Of a stretch of 18,084 bases of DNA, positions 15,795 to 18,084 are shown piece after piece. This stretch comes from Candidatus Heimdallarchaeota archaeon (GTDB lineage: Archaea > Asgardarchaeota > Wukongarchaeia > Wukongarchaeales > JBHIFL01). The stretch lies in contig JBHIFL010000081.1 of NCBI GenBank assembly GCA_046761065.1, forward strand, positions 1 to 18,084, given 5' to 3'. Within the stretch, counting starts at the first letter, position 1. Each line of letters opens with the position of its first letter. The notes beneath the pieces were generated by a model. It did no database searches. It was not told where the DNA came from and saw only the letters and a program-made list of their open reading frames with translations. The position numbers and the translations under genes are program-made.

Positions 15795-17600
15795 CTGGGA
15801 TTTCATCTCGGGTTAGGTGCAGAGGAATATGACAGGATCTACAAAGACCGCACTTTAGTGAGTCGGGTTTTCGCGTATTTTAGTCCATATAAAAAATCGA
15901 TGGGGATTGTTGTGGCTTTCCTAACCCTTACCTCCTTCTCCAATGCTTTTGTACCTATCTTACTCGCCCAAGCAATATCGCTCTTAGAAACAACACGGGA
16001 CCTCTTATCAATATTTGTTCTAATAATAATCTCCCTAATCTTAAACGTTCTGTCTTGGATATTCAACTTTTTCCGCCAGCTTCACTCTAGCCGCGTAATA
16101 GGTGATGTTGTTCTAGATTTACGGAAGGATGTCGACCATGCGGTCTTAAACAATGATCTTTCGTTTTTTGATAAGTATCCCACTGGAAAGATTGTCAGTC
16201 GTGTCAATACAGACTCACGCGATTTCGGCAGAGCGGCTTCCTTGTTTATGCAGACTACTTCGTCTTTCTTTGTTGTATTTATCATACTCGTCGCAATGAT
16301 TCGTATCAATTTGAGGCTAACAATTGTCTTTCTGTTAATGGCCCCGCTTATTTTTGCGGTAGCGTTATCTTTTCGAAAAGTTGCGCGGCGGCGGACGTTG
16401 TTAGGACAACGAGCGTTAGCAGTGGTTAATGCGTTTGTCCAAGAAAGCATTGCAGGAATCCAAATTGCAAAAACCTTTCGTCAAGAGAATAAACTTTATG
16501 AAAAATTCAACAACGTAAATACACAATCATATCAGGTCAATCTAAGTCGAGCTATAATTACAACTACCATTTTCCCTACTTTATCCATTATTCAAGGCCT
16601 AACATTAGCTTTATTGATGTATTACGGTGGATTAGCCACCTTGCAAGGCCAAATAAACGCGGGGGATCTATATCTTTTTCTACAAAGTTTACAGATCTTA
16701 TTCTTTCCATTATTATCAATCGCATCATTTTGGCCATCCTTTCAAGCAGGATTATCCGCCGCTGAACGGATTTTTGCATTGATTGACACCCCTCCTGTAG
16801 TTCGTCAAAGAAACAGTCTGAAAGTTAAAATTAAAGGTGAAATCGTCTTTGATAATCTCCAGTTTTCCTACAGAGCAGAGCAAAAAGTATTTGATCGGTT
16901 TTCGCTTCGCATAAGAGCTGGAGAGTCCGTGGCAATTGTGGGGCACACTGGCGCAGGGAAGTCCAGTTTAGCTAAACTGCTCGCAAGGTTCTATGAATTT
17001 CAGGGCGGCGATATTCTTATCGATGGAACAAGCATTCGGGATTTTGATCTAACATTTTATCGATTATGCATTGGTCTTATTCCCCAGACCCCGTTTCTTT
17101 GGGCTGATACCCTAGAAAACAACATAAAATATGGCCGACCTTCAGCGACGCGGGAGGAAGTTCTTTGGGCGTTGGAGCAGGCGGGAGGAGCGGATTGGGT
17201 AGAGGATCTTCCAAAGGGGCTAGAGACGAATGTCCGAGAGAGGGGCAGCCTACTGTCAATGGGACAACGGCAATTAGTGGCGTTCGCGCGCGTTCTGCTT
17301 GAGAACCCCTGTATCCTCATTTTGGATGAAGCAACCGCATCCGTTGATCCGTTCACCGAAACACGAATACAAGACGCCCTCCAGCGAACAATGACAAACC
17401 GAACCTCGATCATCATTGCTCATCGCCTTTGGACCGTCCGCCATGTTGATCGAATCATTGTCTTAGACCATGGCAGAATTATTGAAGAAGGGGCTCACGA
17501 GGTACTAATGGCACGTAATGGGCACTATGCGAAGCTCTACAATAAGTATTTCCTCCACCAATCTTTAGAGTACATCGAAAAGGTAAAACAACTGGTTTAA
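15795..17600 (+). CDS. ABC exporter half-transporter (TMD-NBD), subunit with consensus Walker B and degenerate signature; probable CTG start
   Basis: Walker A GHTGAGKSS, signature LSMGQRQL, ILILDEATASVD, IAHR. The frame is open upstream of the GTG at 15858 back to CTG 15795, giving (M)GFHLGLGAEEYDRIYKDRTLV, with SD GGGGTGG at 15783-15789. Confidence 0.93.
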   Translation: MGFHLGLGAEEYDRIYKDRTLVSRVFAYFSPYKKSMGIVVAFLTLTSFSNAFVPILLAQAISLLETTRDLLSIFVLIIISLILNVLSWIFNFFRQLHSSRVIGDVVLDLRKDVDHAVLNNDLSFFDKYPTGKIVSRVNTDSRDFGRAASLFMQTTSSFFVVFIILVAMIRINLRLTIVFLLMAPLIFAVALSFRKVARRRTLLGQRALAVVNAFVQESIAGIQIAKTFRQENKLYEKFNNVNTQSYQVNLSRAIITTTIFPTLSIIQGLTLALLMYYGGLATLQGQINAGDLYLFLQSLQILFFPLLSIASFWPSFQAGLSAAERIFALIDTPPVVRQRNSLKVKIKGEIVFDNLQFSYRAEQKVFDRFSLRIRAGESVAIVGHTGAGKSSLAKLLARFYEFQGGDILIDGTSIRDFDLTFYRLCIGLIPQTPFLWADTLENNIKYGRPSATREEVLWALEQAGGADWVEDLPKGLETNVRERGSLLSMGQRQLVAFARVLLENPCILILDEATASVDPFTETRIQDALQRTMTNRTSIIIAHRLWTVRHVDRIIVLDHGRIIEEGAHEVLMARNGHYAKLYNKYFLHQSLEYIEKVKQLV

Positions 17601-17712
17601 AACAAAGGAATCGCCTTATTTAAAATTCGATGACTCTAAATGTTTGTATCATACAAGATAAAGCGTAATACAACAATGAATTGAAGCTAATATATGGGTG
17701 AGTGTTTAAGTC

Positions 17713-18084
17713 ATGGAACAAGAAGAAGGAATGATTTCCACTGAAGAATGTGCTCAACAAGTACGAACAATGGGTTATATGTTTGGATTGCTTTATTATC
17801 ATTTTGCCAAAACACTTGTCGAGGAGTTGGGAGAAACGGAGGGAAAAAGGCTTATCTTAAAAGCGGTCCGCAGTTATGGATACGAACGAGGCTTGAAAAT
17901 TAAAGAAGAGGTTCAAAAACGCGGTCTTGAGTTGACAGTGGAGAACTTCAAAAAATTTAGCGATCTACCGCCATTGGGTTGGGATGTTGATGCAGGAAAA
18001 TTGGTTTACTGCTCGTATGCTCAACCATGGCTTGAAAAAGGCGCAAATGAACTCGGGAATCTCTATTGTGAAGTTGATATTGCC
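17713..18084 (+). CDS. L-2-amino-thiazoline-4-carboxylate hydrolase (ATC_hydrolase)-family protein, partial (runs off the window end)
   Basis: Absent from the ORF track. SD GGGTGA then ATG 17713; 124 open codons: MEQEEG...LLYYHFAKTLVEELGETEGKRLILKAVRSYGYERG...CSYAQPWLEKGANELGNLYCEVDIA, with the family pattern G.EG..L...AV..YG..RG / C....W / G.LYC..D.A. Confidence 0.85.
   Translation, partial: MEQEEGMISTEECAQQVRTMGYMFGLLYYHFAKTLVEELGETEGKRLILKAVRSYGYERGLKIKEEVQKRGLELTVENFKKFSDLPPLGWDVDAGKLVYCSYAQPWLEKGANELGNLYCEVDIA

Noticed and set aside
14843-17416. - strand ORFs within the ABC genes
   Set aside because: Antisense shadows of conserved transporter genes.
17620-17802. - strand 60-aa ORF
   Set aside because: Overlaps the much better supported + strand gene starting at 17713.
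1-18084. CRISPR array, tRNA/rRNA genes, transposase or integrase
   Set aside because: No regularly spaced repeats, cloverleaf or rRNA signatures, or recombinase motifs were seen.

Overview
Archaeal chromosomal window: GGTGA/GGAGG Shine-Dalgarno sites, GAAA-TTTWTA promoters, an SCP2-type thiolase + DUF35 pair and a COG5014-like radical SAM gene. It most plausibly comes from an Asgard archaeon, an inference resting mainly on a small gelsolin-fold-like ORF. Left arm (- strand): thiolase-DUF35-CoA-transferase-like A/B operon, a winged-HTH regulator and an acetoacetate-CoA ligase. Middle: a stand-alone putative single-domain gelsolin-like gene, two tandem radical SAM genes divergent from a QueG/reductive-dehalogenase-like 2x[4Fe-4S] gene, a cupin, a TIM-barrel gene and an ICMT/PEMT-family methyltransferase. 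Right arm: a heterodimeric ABC exporter and a partial ATC-hydrolase-family gene. Several intergenic stretches look like decayed genes, the clearest being an ilvE 3' remnant. I saw no rRNA, tRNA, CRISPR array or intact mobile element. Most notable: (1) the candidate actin-regulator (gelsolin-like) gene; (2) a CoA-transferase-like AB pair lacking the canonical catalytic Glu (IpdAB-like), sitting where HMG-CoA synthase often accompanies thiolase/DUF35; (3) two ABC half-transporters in one reading frame separated only by TAA followed by a CTG start. All family calls are by-eye motif recognition, with no database searches.
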